From contig CAWEXO010000013.1 in the NCBI GenBank assembly GCA_963813025.1, positions 448,001 through 512,000 of the forward strand: 64,000 nt of DNA, given 5' to 3'. The notes under the pieces were generated by a model. It saw nothing but the letters and a program-made list of their open reading frames with translations, ran no database searches and was not told where the DNA came from. The translations under genes were made by a program, and so were the position numbers. Below, in pieces: positions 39,941 to 51,210 of this stretch (within the stretch, counting starts at the first letter, position 1; every line of letters begins with the position of its first letter). The DNA is from an uncultured Verrucomicrobiae bacterium (lineage in GTDB: Bacteria; Verrucomicrobiota; Verrucomicrobiia; Chthoniobacterales; JAFAMB01).

Positions 39941-40990
39941 ATGACTTCCACGGCCAAAGTCTCAGTGGTCATTCCCATCAAGGGTCGCCCGCAGCTATTC
40001 GAGTTGACGGCACAATCGCTCGTTGAGCAAACTTATCCTCACTGGGAGGCGGTGGTGGTGGACGATGGTTCCAGTGCGGATGAATTCAGGCGGATTGCGG
40101 AGATCGCGGGCCGCGACCAACGCATGAGACTGACGAAAAACCCCGGCCCGCGGCGTGGGGCGTCCGCGTGCCGAAATGCCGGACTGGCCGCCAGTTGCGG
40201 GGAGTACGTTGTGTTTTTGGATGGCGACGATGCGCTGGCGCCGACCTGTCTGCAACGCCGTGTCGAGGTGATGAAGTCAACCCCGAAGGTTGATTTTGCC
40301 GTTTTCCCAACCTGGATCTTTCGCGCAATACCCGGAGACACCCGGCTTTTCTGGAACCAATTCACGTCGGAAAATGATCTCGACCGATTTCTTCGTTTCG
40401 ACCCATCGTGGCATACATCTGGTCCGATTTGGAAAAAAACGAGCCTCCGTCAAAAGGGTCCATGGGATGAACGCGCTCTCTGCGCGCAAGATTGGGAGTT
40501 TCACATTCGTGCCATCGCGGCAGGATTGAGCTATATCAAGGTTCCCGAACCGGATTCATTTTGGCGGGTTTCGGAGGCCCGCTCGATCAGTTGCTCCTGG
40601 GCGAGCCGGCGCCATGTGTGTAATCGGGTCCGACTCTTCAAACGAGTGATCGCGTCTCTTCGCTCAGAGGGTGCGTTAACTGGGCGGCGGCGGCGGATCC
40701 TCGCGGGGGAGTTTTGTGTTCATGCGTTCCGCTCTGGACTCAACCGCCGCCTAGGATTGAAAATCTGGCGCGCGGGACGGCGAACGAGAGTTGTGGGGTC
40801 GCTCGAATTCATGGCTGTGCTGGCGAGCGAATGCGCGTGCTGGATGTGCGAGCGGCTTTTATTTCCGGAATTGCGAATGATCAGGACACACCTCGTGGCG
40901 ACGACCCCGGCTGCGCCCAGGGATCAGCGCGCGACGGATCGTGAACGGGATTCCACTGTGCCAGAGGCGCTCATGGCCGGAGATCGCTAA
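39941..40990 (+). CDS. GT2 glycosyltransferase
   Basis: VSVVIP, VVDDGS, GASACRNAG, FLDGDD, QDWEF. Confidence 0.92.
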   Translation: MTSTAKVSVVIPIKGRPQLFELTAQSLVEQTYPHWEAVVVDDGSSADEFRRIAEIAGRDQRMRLTKNPGPRRGASACRNAGLAASCGEYVVFLDGDDALAPTCLQRRVEVMKSTPKVDFAVFPTWIFRAIPGDTRLFWNQFTSENDLDRFLRFDPSWHTSGPIWKKTSLRQKGPWDERALCAQDWEFHIRAIAAGLSYIKVPEPDSFWRVSEARSISCSWASRRHVCNRVRLFKRVIASLRSEGALTGRRRRILAGEFCVHAFRSGLNRRLGLKIWRAGRRTRVVGSLEFMAVLASECACWMCERLLFPELRMIRTHLVATTPAAPRDQRATDRERDSTVPEALMAGDR

Positions 40991-41309
40991 AGACCGCATT
41001 GGGAGAAAGGGAAGCCAGTTGAACGCGGACTGATGGCTCGGGAACGAAATCTTCTTAATTGGGCGGCTTTTCGAGTGCGGAAGAGCTTTCGGCGCTTAGC
41101 AAATGTCCGCAACCGGGCGAGTAAGGATCCAGCATGATCTTCGAAATTTAGGCTAAGGCCAGCTCCGAATGGCGCCAACATAAGGTGGAAAAAGCGAGGT
41201 TCTTCTCGAGTTCTCGAATACTTGAGTTCTTGAGTATCCCGGCTGCATCTTCCTTCGAGCAATTTCTGTCTTAGCCAACGAACGCCAAATATTTCGCCTT
41301 ACTTATTCC

Positions 41310-42375
41310 ATGCGTATCATCGTAACAGGCGGCGTCAGGCTTTATCGGCTCAGCCGTATGCCGGCATCTGATCAGCGAAACGATGCGGAGGTAGTCAATA
41401 TCGACAAATTGACCTATGCGGGCAATGTCAATTCGCTCCGAATACTATGCGGCGATCCGCGCTACCGCTTTATCAAAGCTGATATCTGTGACGAAGCGGC
41501 CGTCGGAGGTCTGTTCAACGAGCTCTGCCCAGACGCAGTAGTGCATCTCGCCGCCGAAAGCCATGTGGATCGTTCGATCACAGGCTCGCGAAGCTTCATT
41601 GATACGAACATCCTTGGTACCTATACGATGTTGGAGGGGGCGCGCCGCTATTGGTACAGCCTGCCGGGCACGTCACAGGAAGGATTTCGTTTCCTGCACG
41701 TCTCGACGGACGAGGTCTATGGCTCGCTCGGAGCAAAGGGACTATTCAGTGAGTCGACCGCCTATAGTCCCTCGTCGCCCTATGCGGCCTCGAAGGCGGC
41801 ATCCGACCATCTGGCAATTGCGTGGCATCGTACCTACGGTCTGGCCGGTTATTGTTTCCAACTGTTCGAATAATTATGGCCCGTATCAATTCCCGAAGAA
41901 ACTGATCCCATCGATGATTTTGAACGCCATCGAGGGCAAGCCGCTGCCGGTTTACGGGGACGGCTCCAACGTGCGTGATTGGCTTTATGTCGAAGATCAC
42001 GCCAGGACGCTATATTTCATCCTCACAAAAGAAAGATCCGGGGAAACCTATAACGTCGGCGGGCGCAACGAACGTACCAACCTTGAGGTCGTAAAAGCGA
42101 TTTGTAGTGCCATTGATCAGGTGCACCCACATGGCGCGCCACCTGATCGACTCATCACCTATGTCGCGGATCGACCCGGACATGACCATCGTTATACGAT
42201 CGACGTCGGCAAGCTTGAAAGGGAGCTTGGGTGAGGGGCCGGAGAATCTTTTTTGTCAGGACTCGTCAAAACCGTGCGTTGGTATTTGGAAAACGACTGG
42301 TGGTGGTCTCCTCTGCGAAAGAAGGTCTATGCCGGCGAGAGGATTGGCCTTCTAACGGCCGAAAGGCAGTTCTGA
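41310..42375 (+). pseudogene. rfbB: dTDP-glucose 4,6-dehydratase with several frameshifts
   Basis: [63 protein letters not shown]. Frame breaks near 41335-41370, 41843 and 42235. Confidence 0.9.
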
Positions 42376-42485
42376 TGTCGCTCCGTGTGGGGCGGCGATT
42401 GTGGTTGTGGCTACGCCGCCTTTATGTGAGAGATCTGTGGTTTATCTCTTAGTCGGTTTTTGGGCCCAATTACGGAAAATTTCCT

Positions 42486-43370
42486 ATGAAAGGCATTATC
42501 CTCGCCGGCGGCAATGGCACGCGCCTCTATCCATTGACGCTGGCCACTTCCAAACAGCTTATGCCGGTTTACGATAAACCGATGATCTATTATCCGCTGA
42601 GCGTGCTGATGCTTGCCGGAATCACCGAGATCCTGATCATCTCAACGCCGGCCGACTTGCCGCAGTTTCAACGTCTGCTCGGCGATGGTTCGCAATGGGG
42701 GTTGGCGTTCACCTATGCGGTACAACCGAGCCCGGACGGCTTAGCGCAGGCCTATATTATCGGCGCCGATTTTATTAAAGGAGGACAGTCAGCGCTTATC
42801 CTCGGCGATAATGTTTTCTACGGCCATGGGTTGCCAGACCTGTTGGCTCCCGGGCATGTTGCGCCGAACGGTGCCACCGTTTTTGCCTACTACGTCAATG
42901 ACCCCGAGCGGTACGGCGTCGTGGAATTCCACGTAGACGGCGCCCCACGCTCCATCGAAGAAAAGCCGCACGCACCGGTCTCAAACTGGGCGCTGACAGG
43001 GCTTTACTTCTGCGATGAGCAGGTTGTCAGTATTGCCGCGGGGCTGAATCCCTCTGGGCGAGGTGAACTGGAGATCGCCGATATCATTCGTGCATATCTT
43101 GAGCAGGGCAAACTCAGCGTGCGGCGAATGGGCCGCGGTTTCGCCTGGTTCGACACGGGCACGCATGACAGTCTCCTTGAGGCAGCAGCCTTTGTACAGA
43201 CACTAGAAAGACGTCAGGGACTGCGTATCGCTTGTCCGGAGGAAATTGCTTATCTCCAGGGTTTCATTACACATGACCAATTTGCTGCGCTCGCGAAAAA
43301 CTTCGAGAAAAGCACCTACGGCAGATACCTCTTGAAAGTCGCGAGCGAAAGAGAATCAACTGGTTCGTAA
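42486..43370 (+). CDS. rfbA: Glucose-1-phosphate thymidylyltransferase
   Basis: [57 protein letters not shown]. Confidence 0.97.
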   Translation: MKGIILAGGNGTRLYPLTLATSKQLMPVYDKPMIYYPLSVLMLAGITEILIISTPADLPQFQRLLGDGSQWGLAFTYAVQPSPDGLAQAYIIGADFIKGGQSALILGDNVFYGHGLPDLLAPGHVAPNGATVFAYYVNDPERYGVVEFHVDGAPRSIEEKPHAPVSNWALTGLYFCDEQVVSIAAGLNPSGRGELEIADIIRAYLEQGKLSVRRMGRGFAWFDTGTHDSLLEAAAFVQTLERRQGLRIACPEEIAYLQGFITHDQFAALAKNFEKSTYGRYLLKVASERESTGS

Positions 43371-43374
43371 AACC

Positions 43375-43711
43375 GGCCCGGATCCGGCGCCTCGAGCCGT
43401 CCGCTGGCCTTGAGTTCATCCAGCCGGCCCAGAGTCCCAAAGACCTGCTGGCGCACCTCCTCATCCTGCGGATGCTATGGACGATCTGGAGATATTGGTA
43501 TGAACCGGCGCTTTTGACTCGGAAAAACATTGTTCGCTGCTAGCGGTTGTGAATAACTCCGCGCCGCTACTCTAAGAGGGTTAACTGGAGACTACCGGTC
43601 GAGCCGGAGGCCCTTGCTACGACATCTAATTGAACGAAGCCTCACGAAGGCCACTATATCAGCGCGATGGATGGCAAGGCAAAGCGACGACAGCTACAAT
43701 GAAAAGCCCGG
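43375..43711 (-). mobile_element. IS1634-family relic (left end plus transposase N-terminus)
   Basis: ATG 43530 MFFRVKSAGSYQYLQIVHSIR, then in a shifted frame VRQQVFGTLGRLDELKASG. Confidence 0.65.
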
Positions 43712-43739
43712 ATCTTGTATTTAAACAATACAAAACAGT

Positions 43740-44877
43740 GTAAGCGTCTTACTAACTACACCGCGGGCGGTGGCGGCGGCGGCGACGATCGGTTTCGATT
43801 GCCCCAAGCGACGGCGGTTAGTTCTGTGATTTGGCTGATTGGGCGATCTGCCAATCCCGGCAGGACCGAAGCCAGATAGTCGCGGATGGGGATGTTGAGC
43901 CGTCGGCAGGTCTCAACGACCGATACGATCGCTGCAACTCGAGGGCCCGCCTCCTTGCTGCCGATGTGGATCCAATTCTTGCGGCCAAGTGCCACGGGGC
44001 GTATCGCGTTTTCAGCCAGGTTATTGCTCAACTCCAATTGCGGGTAGTCCAGGAAGCGGGTCAGCCGACTCCAAAGCGTCAGGGTGTAATTACAGCCCTT
44101 GGCCAGGGCGCTACCGGGCAAGGCTTGCATCCGCGCCGTTTCGATTGCCCCTTTAATCTGCTCCAGCAGCGGCCGCGCTTTTTGCTCTCGCAGAAGGTGA
44201 CGATCACTGTGGGTTAATTTCTGAGCCCGAGCCTGGGCGTCGATGGCAAAAAGTTGGTCCATCTGCGCCACGATCCCAATGGCGGCCTGATCTTTGGGAT
44301 TGAGTTTGACCGCGTCAAAAAATTTGCGCCTCGCATGCGCCCAACAGCCTGCATGCACGATTCCGGGTCCGCCTACTCGATCATAGGCACCGTAGCCGTC
44401 GCTTTGGAGGACCCCTTCGAAATTGCCCAAGAAGCGTTTGGGACCTTCCCTTTCACGCCCGAGCCTTCCAGCACCTCGACCGCACGACGCAGTTGCACCG
44501 CGTCAAAATCCCGGCTCAGTTCGATTCGCCGCCCCTTGGCTAAAATCACTTCTAATCCGCAGCAACCCTCCTGTGGTCTGCCTCGGACTAACCCGTCGCC
44601 ATCGGTTAGCTCTACCGCCACCAGCCCTTTGACTTCCCCTTGCGAGCCTGAGGCTATCCGCTCTCTCCTGAGGCCTCGCTGCAGCGTCCCATGCGTCAGC
44701 CCGTGGATTCGACAGTACTCACTCTGTCGCAACCCGCTGGTCCGAAACTCTGCCACCAGTCGCTGGATTTCCTGGCTGCTACGCCGCCGCCGTCGCTTAA
44801 CTTCCTCGTCTTCGCTCATCCACCCACTTGAGCAAAATCCGACGTCGCCGACCAGATGGGGTTAGTAAGACGGATAC
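43740..44877 (-). mobile_element. IS66-family element with large internal deletion (tnpA joined to tnpC 3' half, no tnpB)
   Basis: IRs GTAAGCGTCTTACTAAC and GTATCCGTCTTACTAAC. tnpA-like LVAEFRTSGLRQSEYCRIHG. tnpC LQSDGYGAY, CWAHARRKF, NNLAENAIRPVALGRKNW. Confidence 0.9.
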
Positions 44878-45500
44878 TTCTGCTTCGGCACGGGCTACGC
44901 ACGGTGATCCCCGAAGCCATGCGCGCCCGGATGCGTCCCTATCGAAGGCCGGATATCGCACAAGACCAATGGGAACAGGAATATCGAGACGGCTGCTGGA
45001 ACTACCTTCAGAGCGCGCGCGAACTGGCACACTATAGCGTGATTCTGGGCTACTACATGCATTACTGTTCCGGCGGAAGCGTGCTCGATGTTGGTTGTGG
45101 CGAGGGCGTCTTGCAGCGACGGTTGCGCGCGTTAGGCTATGCTCGTTACCTCGGGATTGACAGCTCGGAACAGGCGATCGCGCGGGCGCAAGCGCAACAA
45201 GATACCCTAACGGAGTTCCGATGTGCAAACGCCGAGACGTATTCGCCGCAGGAGAGGTTTGATGTGATCGTTTTCAACGAAGTGTTATATTACCTGAGGG
45301 ACCCGGTTGGTGTCGTCCGGCGACTCACCTGCGCTCTTAACCCAGACGGAATCGCGATCGTTTCAATGTTTCGAATAGGGAGTAGGCGACAGATCTGGCT
45401 ATCCCTTGAGCGAGCTGTGCGGATCGAAGATGGGGTAACGGTGACACACCACGACGTTGGGTCGTGGGACGTCAAAGTGATCCGCCAGCTGGACCTTTAA
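44878..45500 (+). CDS. SAM methyltransferase, N-terminus cut by IS66
   Basis: WEQEYRDGCWNYL, VLDVGCGEG, GIDSSEQAI, FNEVLYYL. The ORF start lies inside the IS66 IR, and an internal ATG at 44919 is possible. Confidence 0.82.
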
Positions 45501-45628
45501 TTAACAAAGTCACAGGCTTCGATGAGAAAAGAAGCTCGGCGCCCGCTTACATCAACGCCAGCGTTCTCTGTCTCCGGCGCTGCGAAGTTCAGGGGAGAGC
45601 CCAACCCGTGAGAATCACTACGACACTT

Positions 45629-46393
45629 ATGGAACGGGATAAGGAGATCCGATCGGCAGTCCCGATTTTGATGTATCATAAGATCGGACTTGCGCCGCCG
45701 CGCTCGACGCTGTCGTGGTTGTACTTCTCGCCCGAGGGTTTTCCTAAAATGATTGGCTCGTTGATGGCTAACGGATTTCAGACATTGTCAATGGACAACG
45801 TGCTGCGGGCGCAGGAGCCAAGCGCTCCTCGCTTTGTAATCTCATTCGACGATGGTTACGAGAGCGTTTTGAAATATGCGGCAGATTACCTGCGTGAACA
45901 CAAATTCAGCGCCATTCAGTTTCTCGTGGCGGATCTCCTCGGTCGCGCAAACGAATGGGACTTCGGCCAGCGGGTCGGAATAGAGTCCCTGATGGACCGA
46001 ACGCAGGTAATGGAATGGCTCTCGCTCGGGCATGAAATCGGTGCGCACACCCTAACACATCCGCGATAAACTCAGATTCCTTTGGGTCGCGCGCGAGAGG
46101 AGATCTATTCGAGCAAGAAGAAGCTTGAAGACCTCTTTGGTGTTCCGGTCCGGCACTTCGCTTACCCGTACGGCGACCACAATCAGAACGTCGCGGTTCT
46201 CGTACAAGAAGCGGGCTTTCATACAGCATGTACAACCGATTCAGGATGTGTTCGAACAGGCGATGATCCTTTTCAGTTGCCTCGGCTTACGGCCCGGGAG
46301 CGGAATCTTCTCAATTGGGCCGCTTTCCGACTCCGGAAGAGCGTTCGGAGTTTAACACGTCTTGGTAAACAAGTAATCAAGGATTCAGCATGA
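45629..46393 (+). pseudogene. Polysaccharide deacetylase (CE4/NodB), frameshift near 46065
   Basis: PILMYHKI, ISFDDGY, GHEIGAHTLTHP, FAYPYG, LPRL. Confidence 0.88.
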
Positions 46394-46535
46394 TTTGGAA
46401 TCACACCTTCCCGATTCGGAGGGTCGCCAGCGTCGGCTGCCTGCTTCGCCATGGGTTACGCGCGGCGGTCCCTCCTGAAGCCGTTCGTGCTCGCCTTCGT
46501 CCTTACCGAAAGCCACACATCGCGAAAGAGCAAGG
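46390..46535 (+). pseudogene. N-terminal stub of a methyltransferase paralogous to 44878-45500
   Basis: LLRHGLRAAVPPEAVRARLRPYRKPHIAKEQ versus LLRHGLRTVIPEAMRARMRPYRRPDIAQDQ. Confidence 0.75.
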
Positions 46536-46560
46536 ATCGCCGATAATTTCCGATGCCAGC

Positions 46561-47405
46561 TCAGTTTGCGCCCTGGGCTAACGTAATCTCCGTGACTTCA
46601 GGGGGGCAATTGAACCGGAAGGGAATGCCTACCATCCCTATCCCGCGGCTGGTGTAGACCTGGCCTGCACCGACGTGATAGAGGCCTTCAACATACGCGT
46701 GACCCCACGGCGGCAGAATGACTGCGCCGAGGCCTGGAACACGGACCTGGCCGCCGTGAGTGTGACCGGACAGTTGGAGATCCACCGGAACCAGCTTAGC
46801 CAGCCGCTCAATATAATCCGGTTCATGAACTAATGCCAAACTGACGGTCTCATTTTTCCGGGTCGAAAAGGCGGCTCTCGGTTCGGTTGGCCGGCTAATA
46901 CCGAATCAATGCCGGCCAGGAAGATGGATGCTTCACCGATCGTTAACTCGACTCCTGCATTCATCAGGATAGGAATTGACGCACGACGGAATGCGTCCAA
47001 GACGGTACGGGCTCCTCGAAAGTGATCGTAGTTGCCGAGTACGGCGAAAAGCCCGTGTTTGGCATCAAGACTCGCTAAAATCGATCCCAATTCAAAGGCA
47101 GCTTCCGCGAAGCCGCAAACAAAGTCGCCGCCCAGCAGGACAAGGTCAGGCTTTAGGGCATTGCTGATTTCTACCGTCCGCCGAATCAGGCTGGCCGTGG
47201 TGAACGGATGAAAATGGAGATCCGTCAGGAGAACGATTCGAAAGCCGTCGAACGCGTTCGGCAGCTTCGGCAACTGCACCTGCTTCCGTTCGAGAACCAA
47301 GTTGTTTGGCTCAAACGCTGCTGCGTGGCCAGCCACCGCACCAAGGCCAGTGGCAATCGTTGCTCCCCCGGTTAATTGTAAAAATTCGCGCCGATTGATA
47401 GATAT
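46561..47405 (-). pseudogene. YkuE-like metallophosphoesterase, frameshift near 46870
   Basis: Tat-like NRREFLQ, LTDLHF, GGDFV, LGNYD, HEPD, LSGHTHGGQ, SRGIG. No in-frame ATG was found. Confidence 0.85.
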
Positions 47406-47931
47406 TCGTCCAGGTTGGGTAGCCGCTTTTACAGGCTTCCCGTATTTTCGATCAGTCCACCGGATAATAGCCTGGATTGTAGTGGTTCGAAAGCGAGTCG
47501 ATATTTCCTCCTGGAGAAAGGCGCTAACTGCTGGGGGGCGATGTCCCGTATGATCCTTACATCCCTACCGGCGAGTCACTCCTGCATCGGTCATCGAGCT
47601 GGCCCCCGAACCGGATGACCAATGTGCGAATAGTTCGCAAGGCTGTCTTCTACGATGCTTCTCCTCCATCCGGAGACATACAGATACGAATCCTTGTTCC
47701 GTAAAATGCGCACCAGAGTGGTATGAAAAAATGTCGAAAGAGTTACCTAAAAACGCACGAGTGATGTTCCCTTGAAAGGAGACAACTCATCTTGCACGAA
47801 GCCAACTGCTGAACAGTTCGACAACGTGGTCGCTCTTCTCGTCCATGGCGAGGAGACATGCGGTGCGAAGGCGGCGTAGTCCCCGGTTTTCCCCGGTCTC
47901 TGTCGGCTTTACCAATAACAGCACTGCAGCC

Positions 47932-49104
47932 TCAACCTTTTCTGGCGCAGGCGGCAAAATGGGTCAGATACTGGTCGACGGTGGTGCGCAGATCAAAACA
48001 GGCTTCAACCCGGGCGCGCCCGGCCGCGGCGATGGGGGCGAGGTCGATCTGGCCTTGGAGTATCTTCGCCAGGACGTTGGCCAGTTCACGGCTGTCGTTG
48101 GCCGGAACCAGTAAGCCCGCCCGCCCATCATCAACGATCTCAGGCGAGCCGCCCAAATTGCTGGCGATGACCGGCTTGCCCATGGCCATCGCCTCATAGA
48201 TGGTCGTGCCCAGCGGTTCGGGTTCAATCGAAGTGTTCAGGACGATGTCCAAATCGAGATAGACGTCCCGCATGTTCTTGTGTTTGCCGGCAAAGAGGAC
48301 GCGATCCTGAAGACCATCTTTTTGGATTTGCTGCTCAAGTCGCGTTTGGTGGGCCGCGCCGAGTGTGCTGTTTTCGAAGACTTCACCGACGAAAATAAAG
48401 CGCCATGGGGCGGCAACCGGAAACTCGTCGCGCAAAAGGCGGGCGGCTTCGATCACGACATGGTGGCCCTTTGCTTCGCTGATCGTTGCGACCAGACCGA
48501 TGAGCTTCACGTTATCATCCAGACTGACTTTACCGCGCAAGAGATGCGAACGGTCGGGACTCGGCGCATAATTCGCCACATCCAGGCCGTTGTAGATGGT
48601 CTTGATCCGTGCTGCTGGTACACCGGAGATTTGCAACCCTCGATTCATCGCCTCGGAGACCGCAATGAAACCATCGCAGAACTTGGCGAGAAGAAAGACC
48701 AGCTTGGCGTCGGATGTGCCGGGTTGGAGAACGGGATGGTAGTGGATGCAAATATTGGGTACGCCCGCTAGTCGGGCCGCCGGGCCCGCATAGGGGAGAG
48801 GACCGAGTGCATTGCTGATGACGAGGTCGGCGTGAAACGTTCGGATGATCCGTCTTAAACGTTGCACGACGCCGGGGAAGCGGCCCGCCAAGCGTGGAAG
48901 GGAAAAGGCGTCTTCAGACCGAGCCATCTTCGTCAGGCCGGGCTCAATTTCAACGGCAATCCCCGCCTGCCGTAGGCGATCCGCAAAAGCGCCCTCTGGC
49001 AAAACCACGAGAATGGGGTGATCCTTGATGCTCTCGACAATCCGCTGCGTGCAGATCTCGGCCCCGGAGACATCGCGCCGATGGGAGACAAACAGCAAAT
49101 TCAC
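47932..49104 (-). CDS. GT4 glycosyltransferase
   Basis: SGAE, AVSEA, IYNGLD, KGH, EPLGTTIYEAMAMGKPVIAS. Confidence 0.92.
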   Translation of the reverse strand: MNLLFVSHRRDVSGAEICTQRIVESIKDHPILVVLPEGAFADRLRQAGIAVEIEPGLTKMARSEDAFSLPRLAGRFPGVVQRLRRIIRTFHADLVISNALGPLPYAGPAARLAGVPNICIHYHPVLQPGTSDAKLVFLLAKFCDGFIAVSEAMNRGLQISGVPAARIKTIYNGLDVANYAPSPDRSHLLRGKVSLDDNVKLIGLVATISEAKGHHVVIEAARLLRDEFPVAAPWRFIFVGEVFENSTLGAAHQTRLEQQIQKDGLQDRVLFAGKHKNMRDVYLDLDIVLNTSIEPEPLGTTIYEAMAMGKPVIASNLGGSPEIVDDGRAGLLVPANDSRELANVLAKILQGQIDLAPIAAAGRARVEACFDLRTTVDQYLTHFAACARKG

Positions 49105-49345
49105 GTGGCGAGGGGATAGGTAGTGCGGGGCTGGTTACGGTAGGGAAAGAGCGAGACTCATGGGACGCATTTCTGTCAGATTTATCACGTTAGGTTTGAT
49201 CTTCCTTTTTAAGCAAATAACATTTTAGGTCTTATGTACACTCGGTTTTATCGAGCAACAGCCTCGAATCATCCAAGGAGGTGACGCTTGTTTTGGTGTT
49301 CCTTCGTGAACGGGTTCAGACAAGACCCGTCCGCTTGTTGACCGC

Positions 49346-50275
49346 ATGAGTGATTCTATCCCCACCTCGCCGGATTGGGCTCACCGCTCGATCAGCATTG
49401 CCATTATTTCCAGAGGAAGACCCGGGATCCTCGACGACACCCTGGAGGGCATCTTGCGTCAGTCGCAGCAGCCGCAGCAGGTCATTGTGGTGGTTCCCAC
49501 GGCGGAGGATCTTCCCCGGAAACAGTGGGGAGAGTCCGTCCAGTTTATCGTCGGCCCCCATGGCGGCTGTGTGCAACGCAACAAGGCGCTAGAGGCTATT
49601 CCCTTGTCGGTCGATTACGTCGGTTTTTTCGATGATGATATTGAACTGAGAGTCGATTTCTTAGAGCAGGCTACTCTGTTCATGCAGCGTAACCCGACGA
49701 CGATCGCCTTTTCGGGTCACCTCCTGGCCGATGGCAGCGATCTCACCCGCGCAGAAGCCAGGCGCTTACTTGCGCATCACACCCATCTGGAAAACCTGAA
49801 TGGGCTTTTCCGTAGCAAGGGCAAATTTCATTCCCTGCATGGGTGCAACATGGTCGTTCGCCGCTGCATTCTCGATTACGAAAAGTTCGATGAAAATCTT
49901 CCGCTCTACTCTTTTGCGGAGGATTACGACCTTTCGATGCGTCTGGAACGCTATGGGAATATCGGCAAGTTTGGCCTTTGCATCGGGGTGCATCTGGCTT
50001 CGCCGGGAGGGCGAGTGCGCGAAGTCCTCCGTGGTTATTCTTTCGTGGCGAATCACTGGTACTTTCTGAAAAAAGGGACGGTTCATCTGCCGCCTTTACT
50101 CGCCTGGGTACGCTTTTGGCTGACCGTTTTGGGGAGAACGTTTTTATTCACGCTCTGGAAAGTTTTGACCCGGGATCGGTCGCTCGATTGGCCGGGGAGG
50201 CTAAAGGGGATATTGCTGGCGTTCCAAGACATCGTTCTTGGACGGTCCCATCCCCGACGCATTTTGGAGCTGTAG
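49346..50275 (+). CDS. GT2 glycosyltransferase (paralogue of 33680-34582)
   Basis: SRGRP, QRNKAL, FFDDDIE, GCNM, FDENLPLYSFAEDY. Confidence 0.9.
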   Translation: MSDSIPTSPDWAHRSISIAIISRGRPGILDDTLEGILRQSQQPQQVIVVVPTAEDLPRKQWGESVQFIVGPHGGCVQRNKALEAIPLSVDYVGFFDDDIELRVDFLEQATLFMQRNPTTIAFSGHLLADGSDLTRAEARRLLAHHTHLENLNGLFRSKGKFHSLHGCNMVVRRCILDYEKFDENLPLYSFAEDYDLSMRLERYGNIGKFGLCIGVHLASPGGRVREVLRGYSFVANHWYFLKKGTVHLPPLLAWVRFWLTVLGRTFLFTLWKVLTRDRSLDWPGRLKGILLAFQDIVLGRSHPRRILEL

Positions 50276-51210
50276 TCGTTCCTCCCAGGGAGCTTTTCTT
50301 CGCGGTCCGCAAGATAGCGCTTAAGTCACTCCGAGCAACTTCTCAAGACAGCCTTTGAGTTCGAATATAGTCGAGAACGAACTTCTTTAAGGAGAGTTCT
50401 TCCAGCGTCAACGCGTTCTCGGTTGGAAGAAAGCGATGTGTATGAAATCCAAGGGTTGATCATCTGGCTCAGCCCGGGCTTTTGAAGCGAGTAATCGCCG
50501 GGTCGCTTCCGAGTGGACCCTCGTCTCTTCCGATGCCTCGCATTTGGCAAATGATTATCGACGATGAGATCGAGGCGCATAACCTGCCGAGCGGAATTAT
50601 TTTTCACATGCATCGAGAGGCTGCAGCAGGCGCCCAGTCGTTTTGTCAAAGGTTGGCATTGACACTTTCGATGCTCGTAGCGGACCAAATCTGGCGGATC
50701 GATCAGCGCGAACCGGAGATATTTTGGGTGGTCTCCGCGGGCGGATATTTAGAGGAGTTTCTGCAACTGATCATTCATATGCCGCGATATCCATTAACAG
50801 CTGTGAGATTTGGCGTTTCTAGCCTTGTTGTCCGCCCGCCAATTGGTTCTCAGCCATTTTTTACGAGAAACCGCAGGAGCTCTCTTCGCGGGTTTAGCTG
50901 CACACTCTTGTCTGCCGCTGTCGTGCGCTGGTTCTGCGACCTTTGGTCTTATGCTGGGAATGCTTGGCCATGCGGTTCGATGGCCGATTCCGAGCGGCGG
51001 CGCTCAGATGATTTCCATCGTTAACTAAAACATCATCGTATTATGTTCCAATTTAAGGACGCGACCGGAAATCGTCGCTGGGCAATCTTGGGGGCTTAGC
51101 TCTCGGTCAGCCCGTGATCAAGGATTCAGCAAGCAACTTACAAAAGTTAAAATGTTATATCTTGCCAAGCCTCAAGCCAATGCGGCCAAAATCCGATCTG
51201 TGATTTGCAA

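Noticed and set aside
47639..50355. 11-bp IR AAGGCTGTCTT bracketing the divergent GT4/GT2 pair as a transposable cassette
   Set aside because: Too short for this search space and no target duplication. At most an IS-end scrap.
50400..50780. Possible highly degraded IS5-family transposase
   Set aside because: Only faint resemblance across several frames. BLASTX is needed.
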